A program made the translations under genes and the position numbers. A stretch of DNA of 64,000 bases from Piromyces finnis finn. Taxonomy: Eukaryota; Fungi; Neocallimastigomycota. The DNA is taken from the NCBI GenBank assembly GCA_002104945.1, contig MCFH01000017.1, positions 620,001-684,000 on the forward strand, in the 5' to 3' direction. Below are positions 23,364 through 37,796 of the stretch, one piece after another. The notes under the pieces are model-generated. The model was not told the DNA's origin and did no database searches. It saw only the letters and a list, made by a program, of their open reading frames with translations. Within the stretch, counting starts at the first letter, position 1, and each line of letters begins with the position of its first letter.

Positions 23364-26300
23364 TTGGAGGAATTAATTAATACTTTTGATAATTTAAATT
23401 TAGAAGGAATGGAAGCAAGAGGTGGTGGTTCTTCAGTAAATTCAGGGAACATTATTAATGCTCCCCCGTTGTTTACTGGTAGACATAGAGATTTATATGG
23501 GTTTTTAACTAGAGTAGAATTGGTATTTCGAACTCGATCGGCACTGTACAATACAGATCGCGTCCGGGTTGAATTCGTTATTTCCTACTTCTCTGGTAGA
23601 CCCCTGGAGTGGGCATCATCACTTATGAGGAATAATAGTAATGTATTGAACCGTTATGATGAATTTATAGATCGACTCAGGGCTAATTTCGGTAGTGATT
23701 GATATGACACTGTTGTTGCAAACGGTAAACTCGATAACATTAGACAAAGAAAACTTGGTCAAGTAGTTGATTATATCACCGAGTTTCAACGAGTTAGCCA
23801 AAATTCTAGCTTCAACGAAAGTGCTAAGATCTATATGTTTCTGAAAGGTTTAAATCCATTACTCAGAGAAAAATTAGCGTTTGTCGAAACAAATCCATCA
23901 TCTTTGGAACAGTTAATATCTTCAACCAATGATGAAAAGGAATTCTTTGAGTGAATTTTATTTTAATAATAGAAGGGCTAATGATCCTATGGATGTTGAC
24001 GTTTTTAGAATTAGTGCTGAAAAGAAGCGTAAACGTTTCGTAAACATTCAAGGAACTAGTAATAATTTTGATGAAAGCCCGAGAACATTTGAGGAAGAAA
24101 GGAGAAAGGGGGTTTGTTTTTTGTGTAAAAATCCAGGGCATTTTAAATTTAATTGTCCAAACAGAGTAAAACCCAAGAAAGTTTTAGAATTATTAAGGAA
24201 AAGACCCCTAAAATTGTTGAATCAAAAATTTACAAAGTAGGAGTAATGAATAAAAAAGATGATTTGAATTTCATTGACTTTTATTTAAGTACTAATGAGG
24301 TTCCTGAAGCGAAAATCAAGGTGTTGATTGATTCTGGTTCTGAGTTAAATTTTATTAACCCGGATATTGCTAAGGATCTCGGTATTAAATTTGAGAATGT
24401 TGACCCATTCCGTGTTTCCGGGGTCAATGATGGAATTTCAAGAGTCTGGGAAAAGTCGGAGAAATGTATGTTAAGATGCAGGAACCACAACGAAGTTATT
24501 CAGTTGTATGGTTTAAAGGTTCCTGGAGTGGATGTTATTCTTGGATTACCTTGGATCAAAAAGCACAATCCTGAAGCTTTTTATGATCCTAAGAAAATTG
24601 CTTTTAGTTCAGGTTATTGTGCTAGTCACTGTAACCATGGAAAAAGAAAAAGGAAGCAAAGAAAGAAGTCTCAAAAAGGCCAACTGGATCATGACGTCCT
24701 TGACCGAAGTCTAACCAAAAAAGTAAAAACTTACTCTACAACTCCTTTAAAAAATCCTAAAGAAAAGGAGTATGTTAAAGGCTGCCTGGTAAGAACTATT
24801 AACGAAGAAGATGATAGTGAAGATGAATTTATTAATAAAAAAGTTAAATGTATTGTAACAAAAATTAATGAAATATGTAATAATGATAATGAATCATGTA
24901 GTTATAATAATGATAATGAAAAAGATATTAATAAAGATAAATTGGTCGCCGTACCAACCCAATATTTAGAATTTAGTGAAGTGTTTAATGAAAAAAATTG
25001 TGAAGTGTTACCTCCTCATAGATCTTATGATTGTGAAATCAAACTTAAGGATGATGCAACTTTATTTTATGGACCTTTGTATCCATTAACTGAAGTTGAA
25101 AGAGAGGAACTTAAAAAATATATAGATGATAATTTAAATAAAGGTTTTATTAGGAAATCATCGTCCCCTGCTGGTGCCCCAATTTTGTTTGTTAAGAAAA
25201 AAGATGGCTCCTTAAGACTTTGTATTGATTATAGAAGGTTAAATGATATTACCATTCGTAATTCATATCCCTTACCTTTAATTAGTGATCTTTTGGATAG
25301 GGTGAAAAATGCTAAGATTTTTACTAAATTAGACCTTAAATCCGCCTATAATCTTGTTCGTATTAAAGAAGGTGACTAATACAAAACGGCTTTTCGTACT
25401 AGATATGGCCATTTTGAATATTTGGTTATGCCTTTTGGATTAAAGAATGCACCTGCAACTTTTCAACACTTCATTAACGATGTTCATAGTGACTATTTGG
25501 ATAATTTTGTTATCTCATATATTGACGATATTCTTATTTATTCCAATAATATCGAAGAACATCATGAGCATGTTAAAAAGGTACTTAAAAAACTACTTGA
25601 AAATAATCTTTATGTTAAATTAGAAAAATGTGAGTTTGACGTTGAGAAAACTACTTTTCTTGGATATGTCATTTCAAAAGATGGGTTGCAAATGAACGAA
25701 AATAAAGTTAAAGTAATTCTCGATTGGCCAGTGCCCAAGAATATTAAAGAGGTTCAGTCTTTTATTGGTCTTTGTAACTACTACAGAATTTTTATTAAAG
25801 ACTTTGCTAAAATTGCGAATCCTCTTCACAAACTGATGCTAGTAATTATGTTGTTGGTGCTATTCTCTCTCAAGAATTCGACGGCAAATTACACCCTATT
25901 GCATTTCTTTCTAAAAGTTTGACGAGTTGTCAAAGAAACTATCCCATTTATGACAAAGAACTTTTAGCTATTATAGTTGCTCTTGAAGAATGGTGTCATT
26001 ATTTAGAGGGTGCACGCCATCCGTTCATAATCTATACTGATCATAAGAACTTAATATTTCCTAGAAAACCTGAAATGTTATCTCAGAGACAAATTAGATG
26101 GAATTTGTTCTTATCCAGATTCGATTTTAAACTCATTTATAGAGCTGGAAAGAAATCCAGTAAGCCTGATATCCCGTCTCGTAGAAGTGATCATTTGGTG
26201 AATAATATTAATTCTGATGTTTCTTGTCTTACTATTTCACTTCATCATAGCGATAATAAACCGCTAGTAGATTCTATTTTATTTGAACTTAAAAATGATG

Positions 26301-27809
26301 ATTTGTATAATTCTATAGTTCAATTTAAAACGAATGGTTCTTCTAGCAATGCTCCTATTAAAAATATTGATAAAGTTATTATTGATGATGAAGGGTTTTT
26401 GTTATTTAATAATCTTATTTATGTTCCTAAATCTCTTAGGACGAGAGTTTTGGAACTTCATCATGATTCTGTTGCTGCTGGCCATTTCGGCATTAAGAAA
26501 ACTGTCGAACTTATTTCTAGAAACTTTTGATGCCCAAGATTCCATTCTGATGTTAAATCCTTTATTAAATCTTGCGTGACTTGTTGCAAATCCAAAGTCC
26601 TCAGACATAAGCCTTATGGATTGTTATCCCCTTTGGACACTCCTAGTAGGCCTTGGTCTGATATCTCTATCAACTTCATTGTTGATTTTCCAAAGTTCAG
26701 AGATATGACTACACTTATGGTTGTTGTCGATAGATTTACTAAATTTGCTCACGCCATTCCTTTATGTTGTCTTTCTACTGCTTCTATTGCTGCTGATGCT
26801 TTTATTGCTAACGTCTTCCGTTTGCATGGTCTTCCTGATTCCATTATTTTTGATAGAGGATCACAATTTACTTCTGATTTTTGGTCAAGATTTGTGACCT
26901 TCTAAATATCAATTATTCATTATCGACTGCTAACCATTCGCAGACAGGTGGTCAAACGGAGAGGGTGAACGGCATATTAGAACAATATTCCCGATGTTTT
27001 ATCAATAAAAAGCAGAATAACTGAGTTGATCTTATCCCATTTACTGAATTTGCATATAATAATACTTTACAGCAAGCTATAAATCAATTCCCATTCTTTG
27101 CTAATTATGGTTTCCATCCAAAGTTTAGCTTAGAAATTCCAGCTAATGATTGACCTAGTAGAGCTGAACAAAGAGTAATTGATATGAATGAAAATTTTAA
27201 ATTATTAAAAGAAAACTTAGAAAAAGCAAAAGAAACATATAAGAAATATGCCGATATGAAGAGAATGACTCCCCCGGAATTCGAAGTGGGAAAGAAGGTA
27301 TGGTTATTGAAAGATTCGCCTGGAACTAATTTGAAGAAGAAACTAGCACCTCAAAAGCTTGGTCCATTTGAAATAATTAAAAAAGTTAGTTCTCTCGCTT
27401 TCAAATTGAAATTCCCAAAGACAATGAGATGTCATCCAATCTTTCATGTCTCATTGTTAGAATCATACTTTGAAAATGAATTTAATGATAGGTCTAATCG
27501 TAGGAAGAGAAATATTCACCTTAATACAGATTTAATTGAAAAAATTCCAGAAAAATTGAGAAAATGAAATCTATTAATGGTGAAACATTTTATAAGTTAT
27601 TGTGGAAAGGATTTGACAAATCCACCTGGATTTCTGAAGATCAGATTCCAGACAAACAATTAATACAAGAGTTCGAAAGAAACTTTAAAAAGTCAAAACA
27701 TAAGTCGAATGACTCCATGAAAATTAGAAAGAATAAAGTTGGTAATTTAATTAAGCATAGATACCAACCATTTGTAATTGAAATTCCTTCGAGAAAAGAT
27801 TCCCTATAA
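23364..27809 (+). pseudogene. Family-E gag-pol with multiple stops, frameshifts and a deletion at the RT/RNase H junction
   Basis: PPLFTG gag, [14 protein letters not shown] knuckle, LIDSG, YIDD, integrase pieces split over many ORFs; PLHK joins directly to DASNY near 25835. Confidence 0.93.
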
Positions 27810-27845
27810 ATTAATCTCAAAGGAGCTCGACTTAGAAAGAGAGAT

Positions 27846-28210
27846 TGTAAAGATATCAAACGCCTCAACTTGATTTCTTTAATGTAATTTAAGCCACAAG
27901 TATTATTGCTTAAGTTACACAATTTATATTACAGAAAAAGAAAATGAGACATAATTTATTTATTAATAATTAAAGCTTAAAACAAAATAAATTAAATTTC
28001 TCAATTCAAACCCTTAGTTTTAGTATTGCTTTGTAATAGAAATAGATATATAGTATATAATTATTAAATGATTAATGTATAAATAATACATGGGCACATA
28101 TTCAAATTGAATAGTACTTAATTTGAATTGCCAATTGTATTTTACTAAAAATAGTTATAATTTAAATATTTTATTAATAATTAAGATTTAGTGTAGATTT
28201 TAAATAATAA
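27846..28210 (+). repeat. Family-E 3' LTR, truncated
   Basis: Starts TGTAAAGATATC after PPT; homology lost after ~28210. Confidence 0.85.
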
Positions 28211-28627
28211 AATTTTTATATTTAATATATTATTTTATTTTTAAATTTTTATATAAATAGTAAAACATTTTATAATTTAAGTTTAAGAAACTGATTTCGA
28301 AATTTTCCTTTTAATTATTACTTATAAAAACAAAGTTTTAATAAACAAACTTTTATAAGATATTTAATACGTAATATGTTATTTAATATTTTAATAAATA
28401 AAGTAAGTAAATAAACTTCATCTAAAAACATACAAAAAACGTGTTATATACCTATACTTGCATAAGTGTATTGTTACTCGGTGAAATATTCTAAGTTAGC
28501 TTAGTCTTACTACTAAACGTGGGATAGGCGATTCTGATGAAGTATTATATCCTCTAGATATTTAAGTGTACGAAGACTAATTAATACATTTTTGTGGAAT
28601 AAAATTAAGATTATTAAAGAATCCACC

Positions 28628-30400
28628 ATGAACCAAAAATTAGATAGCAAAAAAGGAACACGAGGAAAGAATTAAATTAGTCGAAGAAAAAAAATAAAGA
28701 AACAGCAGTAAGAGTTTCAAAGAAAACAAACCACCCAAGAAGAAAACTAGATGAAAATTTATACACGAATAACCATGCCAACTCTAGTAGTTAGAAAGAA
28801 GATGCAGATAGTAGTGTTTACTCTGAAGCTAACAAAAGGTTTCTATATGAGTATAGTGAAGATCAAAAGTACAGCTATTTTGACAAGATATTTGGACAAA
28901 GTGGCAACAATAATGAGAGGCCGGAAGATCGAAAACAAAGGATTAAAAAATTTAAAGAGGAAATAGACCAACAAGTGAAACCTATTTTATCTAACGTATC
29001 AAGGGAAATACAATTATATTATTACAAAAATAATCCAGAAACTTATGATATAAAACACCCTTTGTTTCCTTTCTCCAAGACGAATACATGGGCCTACAAG
29101 CGACGCAATTCGAACAAGTACATGAATTCCGAAAGATATTTCATACTTAACCACAAGGTACAAGAATAAAATAGGCGGGTATGACTAACTCCGAAATATT
29201 ATAGTATATTTACAACACTACCTACCTACCTACCATAAGTAGATTAGAATGAAATACCTACTTGGATTAAGTTAAATAATTTCATATTCTATTTTGAAAA
29301 ATACTTCTGTGAACTATCCTTTAAGGAACAAGAAGAAGACTATTGGAATCGTAAAGCAAATTTCAGAATTATATAAAGAAAAGGTTAATAAGTTATTAAC
29401 TGAAATAGAAACTTATGCATCTAATCCAAATAAATCATACTATGCTAAATTTATTAAGTTAATACATTGATTACCTAACTGTACTACAGTTAGAAGTACT
29501 CTAATGGTACTAGGAGCTTCCCCTCCAAAAAACCTAAGGGAAAATTAAACCACTCAGGGTGAAATTAATAAACAACTATATTTCAACCTTATTAATATAC
29601 TAAAAATTGAAATAGCCAAAACATAGGGATTAAAGCAATTTAAGAAGAAAACTAATAAATTTGTAAATACTACCTTTAAATACAAGACGCCTAGCAATAC
29701 TGATATTAGTCAGGTAAGAAAACTCCAACCCGAAGCAACAAAGTTTCGTAGGAAAACAAAAATTAAACAAATACACCATATAAATGGCAACATTTCAATT
29801 TCTAACCACAGGATCAATAATATTATCGAAAAAATGGAAAGTAGTAAATACTTAAATAACCTCAAATTTGGAAGTAAAATGTATTATAAAAGTCTGTTAT
29901 ATAAAATTATTATCGATGATGATAATACCTTTAAAATGAATTAGCAAAAAAAATTTTCCCACTTATTATTCGTTCGGTATTTCTGAATTTAGAAGCTAAT
30001 AGAAAACCAAAACTAAAGAAAATACGTATATGATTCTGAATGGGACCGTAAATACTTAAATGGGAAGGGATAGTCAATTATAAAAGAAATAAGCAACCTA
30101 ATAATGAAATATATAATGTTGATTCAATTAAATTATTAAAACAAGAACTTTCAGATATCGAAAATAAATTCAAAAAACAACAAGATAATAATAAATTTAT
30201 AATATCAACAGATAATAAGAAAGGACTAGAAGAATACTTAAGGAAATCGATAAGTTTCCCATTTAAATTAAACCTTTCAAAAAGGTATTTGAGTCCCCAC
30301 CCAAAGGTAAAATTTTCGATAGAAATAAACAAAATCTAAATATATATTTACCTTATGATAAGGGTAAAGTTAAAAGACTTCCCATGATTCCTCATATACA
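28628..30400 (+). pseudogene. Decayed coding sequence of unknown identity
   Basis: Long protein-like stretches broken by stops (e.g. KQRIKKFKEEIDQQVKPILSNVSREIQLYYY; IKLLKQELSDIENKFKKQQ); no motif recognised. Confidence 0.45.
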
Positions 30401-30401
30401 T

Positions 30402-31073
30402 TGTAAAGATATTATACATCTTTAAATTATTTAATAAATCATTTATTACAAATTGTTAAATAATAATTTTGATAATGGAAAATTATTTATAAAATTTATT
30501 AAATAAATTTTAAGGAATAATTAAATAATAATTAATTTTAAAATATCAAAGTTAAAAATGAAATTTGGATAAATATTCAAGTTAAGTCTTAAAGGTTTTT
30601 ATTTAATTAAAATTAGTTTAATAACTTTAGCATATTTTTAAAATAGCATTTTCAATAGTAAATATATAATAAATAGTATTATTAATATTAAAATAATAAA
30701 TATATAATACATGGATTGTATTCAATTTATAATTTACTCAAATTGAATCAAAAGTGTATTTAATTAGTTTTAATTTAGTTTTATTATTTTATTATTTATT
30801 TAAATTAGTATTAAATTAGTTTTGTTTATTTTATATTAAATATATGTTTAGGTAAATAGGATTATATATTAGAATATAATCATTAAAAAATATAAATACA
30901 TGTAATTTTTACGTAATTGTTATTGACTATTAACTAGTTAACAACTGCCAAAAGAGTATAAATAAAAAAGTATATTAAAAAGGAGAATTTTATTTTGTTT
31001 TGATTTTAATTGTCGTGTTTTCTTGAGCTTTGTTATTGATATATAGTTTATTTTTAAAGATTATACTTTTACA
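30402..31073 (+). repeat. Family-F solo LTR flanked by TATACAT duplication
   Basis: TGTAAAG...TTTTACA; colinear with the split copy at 15834/22889. Confidence 0.88.
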
Positions 31074-31081
31074 TATACATG

Positions 31082-31800
31082 TTGATATCAGTATTCTGTA
31101 TTTTTTTACTAGAACTATCATTTACCGTGGCCAATTATCTTCCATGTTAATATCAGTATTCTGTATTTCTTTACTAGAACTATCATTTACTACAACTAAA
31201 TCTTTTTCATCAGGAGAGTAAATCCATCAATCTTAGTATATGTATACTTCGTTCATACAATACCATTAATTTTTTATATATTCTTTAAATATAATTCTAC
31301 CACTTAGTGTGGTAACAGCTTTATGATCTTGAGCGATGGTATCAGTGAATCCTTCAATAGATTTTGATGTATCAGCCTTGCCAATACTTAAACAAACATC
31401 CAGAAGTAATATCTTTAATAGCTCTTCTTTTATCACCATCACCAGCTTTCATATCCTTACCATATCTATATCCCCAATATCTTCTACTAACCAAACTTGT
31501 GAATCATAGTTGCACTAGGTTGTAACTTAAACATATGCTTTTTAACTATAGTCCAATAGATATTGAAAGGATAGCTTTCTGTAATCATGAAGTTCTTTAT
31601 TTGAGCTATCAGACACGACCAGATAGGTAGTCGTGCTACTTTCATACATGATATATTGAAAATTAACTTCACTTAAACCTAAATGAATACATCTGATAGG
31701 ATCACGATGTGCTGTTTGACCAGGATCGGAAGGTCTGTTATAATTAGCATTTTCAACCGTATCAGTACTATTTTATTTTTCAACAATATCATAGATAATC
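31082..31800 (-). pseudogene. Frameshifted coding remnant with a ~64-bp tandem duplication at one end
   Basis: GC-richer; minus-strand pieces such as NYNRPSDPGQTAHRDPIRCIHLG and YWGYRYGKDMKAGDG; duplicated block 31082-31195. Confidence 0.4.
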
Positions 31801-32405
31801 ATATTCATATTATAATTTCTCGTGTTTTAATGTATTTTATTGCAAAAAACTTTATAATCTGTTTTAGAGAATAAAACTTTTACATAATTACTATATTATC
31901 AAACATTTTATATGGATATTCGTTTCATAATTACAAAAAATTTTAATAATACATTTACAATTTCCTTTATACATGTATGACTTATACTAATTAGTAATAC
32001 TTTATGATAAGATTATTTTAGTAATATACATTATAATTTTATTATTAAGTTTTAGTTGATTTTATACTCTTTCAAATTTAAAATATTTATCAGTATTTCT
32101 ATTATTATTTTTTGATATATATGTATATTAATAACTCATTTTCATTTTCATTAATTTATCACTACTGTGTTCAACTTAGTCTTTTTACTAGTTGACTTTT
32201 ATTTTCAATGTTTTCCTATTATAAAGATATAATAAATATTTTTTATAATAGGCGTATTATATATTTAGTTTTTTTTTTTAAAATGATTATTTTGTTATTT
32301 TTAATTAATAATAAAAAAAAAAGAAAGAAAAAAGTTTTGTTTTCACATTTTTAATTACTTTTAATTCTTTTCTTTTCAGAATTAGAAATATTAAATTCAT
32401 TATTA

Positions 32406-32600
32406 TCAATATGAATATGACTTTTCTATTTCATATGAATAATTACTTCTATTATAAATATAATAAATGTCACAAGTGTTATAAGCAAATATATATGCTT
32501 TTTTAGGAAAATTATCTAAATTTAAATATGTAGGCTTATATTTAGTACTAAATACATGTTTAACTAATAAAAATAAAATATTAATACACAGTAATTTCAT
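32406..32600 (-). pseudogene. Short signal-peptide ORF, probable truncated secreted-protein gene
   Basis: MKLLCINILFLLVKHVFS leader, early stop. Confidence 0.35.
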
Positions 32601-32842
32601 ATTGAATAATATATATAATTAGGAATAAAATCATTTTATATTATCTATTTTTAATTAACTAATAATTTTAAAAAAGGTATTATAAATGTATTATAATAAA
32701 GTTATATAATATATATTATTAAATTATTTAAATATTTAATTTGTTAAATTGTATAATATATAAAAATATTTGTTTTTGCTTTATAAATTTTAAAAAATAT
32801 TATTATATTAATTATTATAATTTAAATATTGTAAAAAAATAA

Positions 32843-33611
32843 TTATTTTTTATTATTAACTTTATTATCCTTTTTGTAATATCTGCAACTTATTATACAA
32901 CAAAAGCAAATACAACAAAATATTAAAATAGGGATTATTACTGATATAATCTCAATTATTTTTAGATTTATTTTAAAATAATCACTTTCAGAAGGTGTAT
33001 AATCTCTACCACTATTACATTCTCCTCCATTATAAGTATTAAACGAACATTCTTCATTTTTTGTACAAGAGAAATAAGGAAAACGACCACAATGAGTATA
33101 ATGTTTAGGCCTTTGAGAAAAAAAGTTAGATTTTATATATAAAGTATCACAACGTTCAATATTAGCTTCATCATTAAATTCACAAATATTATTAACACAT
33201 TTATTTGAAAAACATTGATTATCTGTTTTACAACCAATGTAAACATGAACAGTTTCATTATTAATAGTTTCAATATAATTAAGATTAGATTTATTATAAA
33301 AATCCCCATAGTAACCTAATATATATCTATATATAGTACCATTATCATTATCAAATTCAACAAAATATTTACCTTGATATGGTTCATAAACAGTACACAA
33401 ATCATTTTTACAATAATATATACCTAGGTTCTTTATAACCTTCTTTTATTTCATTATCATTAGTATATTTTCGTTCCCATGCTCCTTTACGATTAATAAG
33501 TTCATCCGGAATATCAGTAGATTCAATAGTTATAGTACGAGCATATCCATTACAAAAAAATAATATAAAATATATATATGTAAATACCACAAAAAATATT
33601 ATACTTTTCAT
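32843..33611 (-). pseudogene. Cys-rich type I membrane protein with one frameshift near 33410
   Basis: Signal peptide, CKTDNQCFSNKCVNNIC and HCG..CTKNEECS motifs, C-terminal TM plus Cys/basic tail; removing one base gives RYIYCKNDLC and joins the two ORFs. Confidence 0.75.
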
Positions 33612-35150
33612 TATATCTTATTTTAAAAAAATTATATAAAATAAATTCTGAAATATAGGTTTATTTGTATTATTTAAATATTTTAATTTGATATTTAATA
33701 ATGTAATTATAAATAGTTTTATTCTTTTAATATATCAAAAATTACTTTTCAACAAACATAAATATATTTCATGAACACGTTTTACAATTTCACTTTTAAA
33801 ATATTTTATATTCTTTAAGTTATAATAAAAAGAATTTTACTTTTTCAAGCTTTTTTTTAATAAAATTATAAAATTCTTTACAACCAATCATATTTTAATG
33901 AAAATGTTACACCGATATTTATTATTTTAATAAATAGAAAATTCTATAAATCAAAATCTAAATATTCCAATAATTATTTAACTATTTTAATATTAATAAT
34001 AATATCCAGTATAATGGCATAACCGTTTACTTTTCTTTACAACTTACAGTAAATAATAAAAATAGAATAAAATGATATTTTAATATTTTTATATCTTTAT
34101 AAATAATTATTATATAATATTTAAATAATAATAATTATTTTATTAGCATTTAAATATTAATCATTTATTTATTATATAATGAAATATATAATATTTCTTT
34201 TATTGAAACATTTTTAATTTTATATTCTATTTTTTTATTATTTTCTGTTATAGATTTAAATATTATCATAACAGATATTTCATTAATATTATTGTAGTAT
34301 ATTTTATAAATCAATTGTATTAAATAAAATAAAAATGTTAAATAGAAACTATGAACTGTTATATTTAATTAAGCTAAACTTTTATTTAATTCAAATGAAT
34401 GTAAATACAACATTTCTTTATTATATGAATAAACCATGAACCATGCTTAAGATAGATATAAAATATTATATTCAATTTTTATAAAAATTTGTAATTTCCA
34501 AGTTGAAGTATATTTCACTATTAAAAAAAACTTGAAATTTATAAAAGAATATTAATATTATTTTTAAATGAAATATTTATTAATAAATCAATATTACTTT
34601 CAAATAAAGTACTTTTATATATAATATTTATTAGAAAAAAGTACTGTTAAAAATTGTTATTATATTACTTTAATTAGTTAATTAGTAAATATTTTTTTTT
34701 ATTTTATAATAGTTACAATACATAATAATAATTTATTTTAATAATAATAATTGTATTATATTCTTTTAATAATTATAATATTTTAAATATATGTTTATTT
34801 ATATCTTTTCTTTATATAATATTATAATATAATAATTAAAAAATATCCACAATTATAAAATGATTTATATATATTATAATTTATATATTAATAAATATTT
34901 TTCATTTATATTTAATATAAAATTAATGGATATTATTCAATTAATCCGCCGTATTACAATGAAAAAGAATTATCTGATAAATATACAATAATGAATACTT
35001 TTCATTTTTTGAAGGAATAAGTATTATTCATTGTAATATTCTAGCTATACTATTAAATATAGTAATGATAATAAAAATGACTATCTGAATAATTTTTTAC
35101 TTATTAATACTTTGGAAAGAATATGTAATGAAAAAGTATTTTAAATATAA

Positions 35151-35681
35151 TTTCGATTTAAAAACAAAACAAAAACAAATTTTTATGTATCTATAAATTT
35201 ACCTTCTTATACACTTATAAATATTTATAATAAATTAATAAAGTTAGATTTATCAAGTACTTGTCAATATGTAACTGCTTTTATTAAAAGAATAAATTAT
35301 TATCATCACTTTAGTAAAAGTTGTATTGAAGCATATAGCTATAATCAGGAGTTAATTACAGAATATAAAAATAAAGATGTTGAGGATTCAGATAATTTTA
35401 TAATTATTAAATGTTGTCATGATAGTATAAAAATCACTAAAAATAAAATTACATTTTATGAAAGAGATACCTATGATAATATTATTTGTAAATTATTACC
35501 ATGTTTAAATTATTCAAGTAACCAAATACTAATTAGAGTTACACCATGTATTATTTCTTTTACCTATCCAATAGCTATAAATTTCCAATTATTTGATTTA
35601 ATATTGTATGAAAATGCTTTATATCATTATATACATACCAATGAAAATAAAAGCATAATAAAAGAAATCAAGAAAAAATAA
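35151..35681 (+). pseudogene. Stop-free frame of ~176 codons with no ATG
   Basis: Hand translation is open from 35151 to TAA at 35679; upstream fragments carry stops. Confidence 0.4.
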
Positions 35682-36619
35682 TATATATAATGAATATCTT
35701 TAATCAGTCATTAAGTATAAAGCTTTATAATCAATATAAACAATTTACAGAAACTATTCAATAGATAATAACATGAACATATATCCATATTGTATTTTTG
35801 ATTATGTCTACAATTTTAATTCTTCTTTTTTCTTTTTAATAATAATGTTAAATACTTCTAAATCAAATACACTTCCTAATTGTAGGTATGAATATGTAGT
35901 AAGTTTAGAAAAGAATTTGTTCAATTTTAATGATGTTCTTGTACAGGCTATATTTTCTATGTATAAAAAGAATTCTGTTTCATAGAAAAGATTGAAATAA
36001 ATAAATGTAATTTGAAAAGTTTACATTTATATATTTATTGATATATTTTGTGTTATTAATTTTATTTATTTAAATAATTATTTTTATAATTACTTGGTAT
36101 TTGGTTTTATTATTATTTTATTAACAATTTATATGATAAATGAACTTTAACGAAATTAAATATAATATTAATTCATTATGATATAATAAATATATAATAT
36201 TAGTTTTAGTAATGTATAATTAATTTCATAAATATATTATATATTATATAGATGAACAGATAAATAGATAGATAGATAACTTTAATATCATTTAGTTTAT
36301 ATAAACTATTAATAAATTAATTATACTTAATTATTATGTATATATTAATTACTAAGTCATATTTTAGTATAAAAGCATAAAATATGTATTAAAAAATTTT
36401 AAAGATTTTTCTTTAGGAAAGAAATCTCTATATAATTATATTTAAAATATATTTTTAAAATATTAATAAGTTTTTAAAAAGTATTAAATACTAAAAAATT
36501 ATTTATTGTAATTATTTTATTTTTATAATTATTCCTATATTTTGTAAATTTATAAATCATTCATAATTTTATAATAAAATAAATAATAAAATGATAATCT
36601 GTTTATTATAATAATAATA

Positions 36620-37796
36620 CTTTATAACAAAATGGATTGTAGTGTAATTCATTTGTATTTTAAATCAAAAAATTATGATACTTTATTAAAGAAGAAAATA
36701 ACAAGTCAAATGGAATACAGGATATTGAATGATGTAGTTTTAAATGTTGTGTACACTTTGTTCTTATTTTTGTCGTCATTCTATATTTAATTTAAAATTC
36801 ATCCAAAAACTATTTTTGAATCTATAAAAAAATATTTAGAAGACACTAATAATATATTGTTTACATGGGAATCATCTATAAATCTTGAAGATCTTTACAT
36901 TTAATTTATTCAACCAGTTTCAAAGATTCTTGATTGGTTTGATGAACATAATATTGATTATATAGTTGATTCAGATATGTTGTGTGTTTTTAAACCAGAA
37001 ATTAATGAACAAAATAATGATTATGAAAAAATAGGATAAAGATGATTACAATGATGATAATAAATATGATACAGATGATTATGATGATGATAATAATACT
37101 GATTATGCTAATATTAATAATACCATTAATGATGATAATAATGGTAATGATTGTAGTTTCTTAATAGATTATTTTAATGAACAGAACTTTGAAGAATAAG
37201 AATTTGATAAACATTACCTTCTTAATAGTGGTTTTATTAATTTAGATAATGAAGATGTTAACAAGATATTAAATAATGTTGTATTATCAGGAGCTAAAGG
37301 TATTGTTCAAGCTACATTGAAAGCTAAAGGTAATGAATATTTTATATAGAAGTTATAAGATTAGAATTAGACGATCTTTTTGAAAAGGAATACATCGATA
37401 AGGAAAGGTCTATGTATTTGGTTTATGCTAATTCAATGACTATTGATTTTGAATTACGTAAAAAGAATATTTTAAAGCAGTTAACAAAAAATTATGAATG
37501 CAGATATTCATCTATATAATATGCAATATATAGAATTACTAACTAATTTCATGTGTCGTGATAATACAATTACACCTATGTCTTGTTTTGGAATGAAAAA
37601 TGGTAATTATTCTTTTATTTCTCGATTATCTTTTGAAGATCCGTTTAGGATAATTCAAGATGTCTTTTATGGTGTTAGAGATGATTTAATATCTATATCT
37701 TCAAAGTTGATTACAGGAATATACAATGATGAAGAAGATGAAAAGAATGAAAATTCTGTAAATACTAAAAATATTGAAAATACTGAAAATATTTAA
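36620..37796 (+). pseudogene. Decayed coding region ending in the 37494-37796 ORF
   Basis: Protein-like segments (KILDWFDEHNIDYIVDSDML; acidic tract; KGIVQATLKAKG) separated by stops. Confidence 0.4.

Larger units (their letters stand above)
14821..28210 (+). mobile_element. Decayed family-E chromovirus hosting a solo F LTR and the intact C element in its leader
   Basis: 5' LTR 14821-15435, PBS 15436-15446, leader interrupted 15834-23293, gag-pol remnants 23364-27809, PPT, truncated 3' LTR 27846-~28210. Confidence 0.8.

Noticed and set aside
9759-26608. Small antisense or out-of-frame ORFs inside gag-pol
   Set aside because: Shadow frames with no motifs
28501-28580. Hammerhead-like CTGATGA...GAAG
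   Set aside because: G instead of A at 15.1, no stem I, poor stem II
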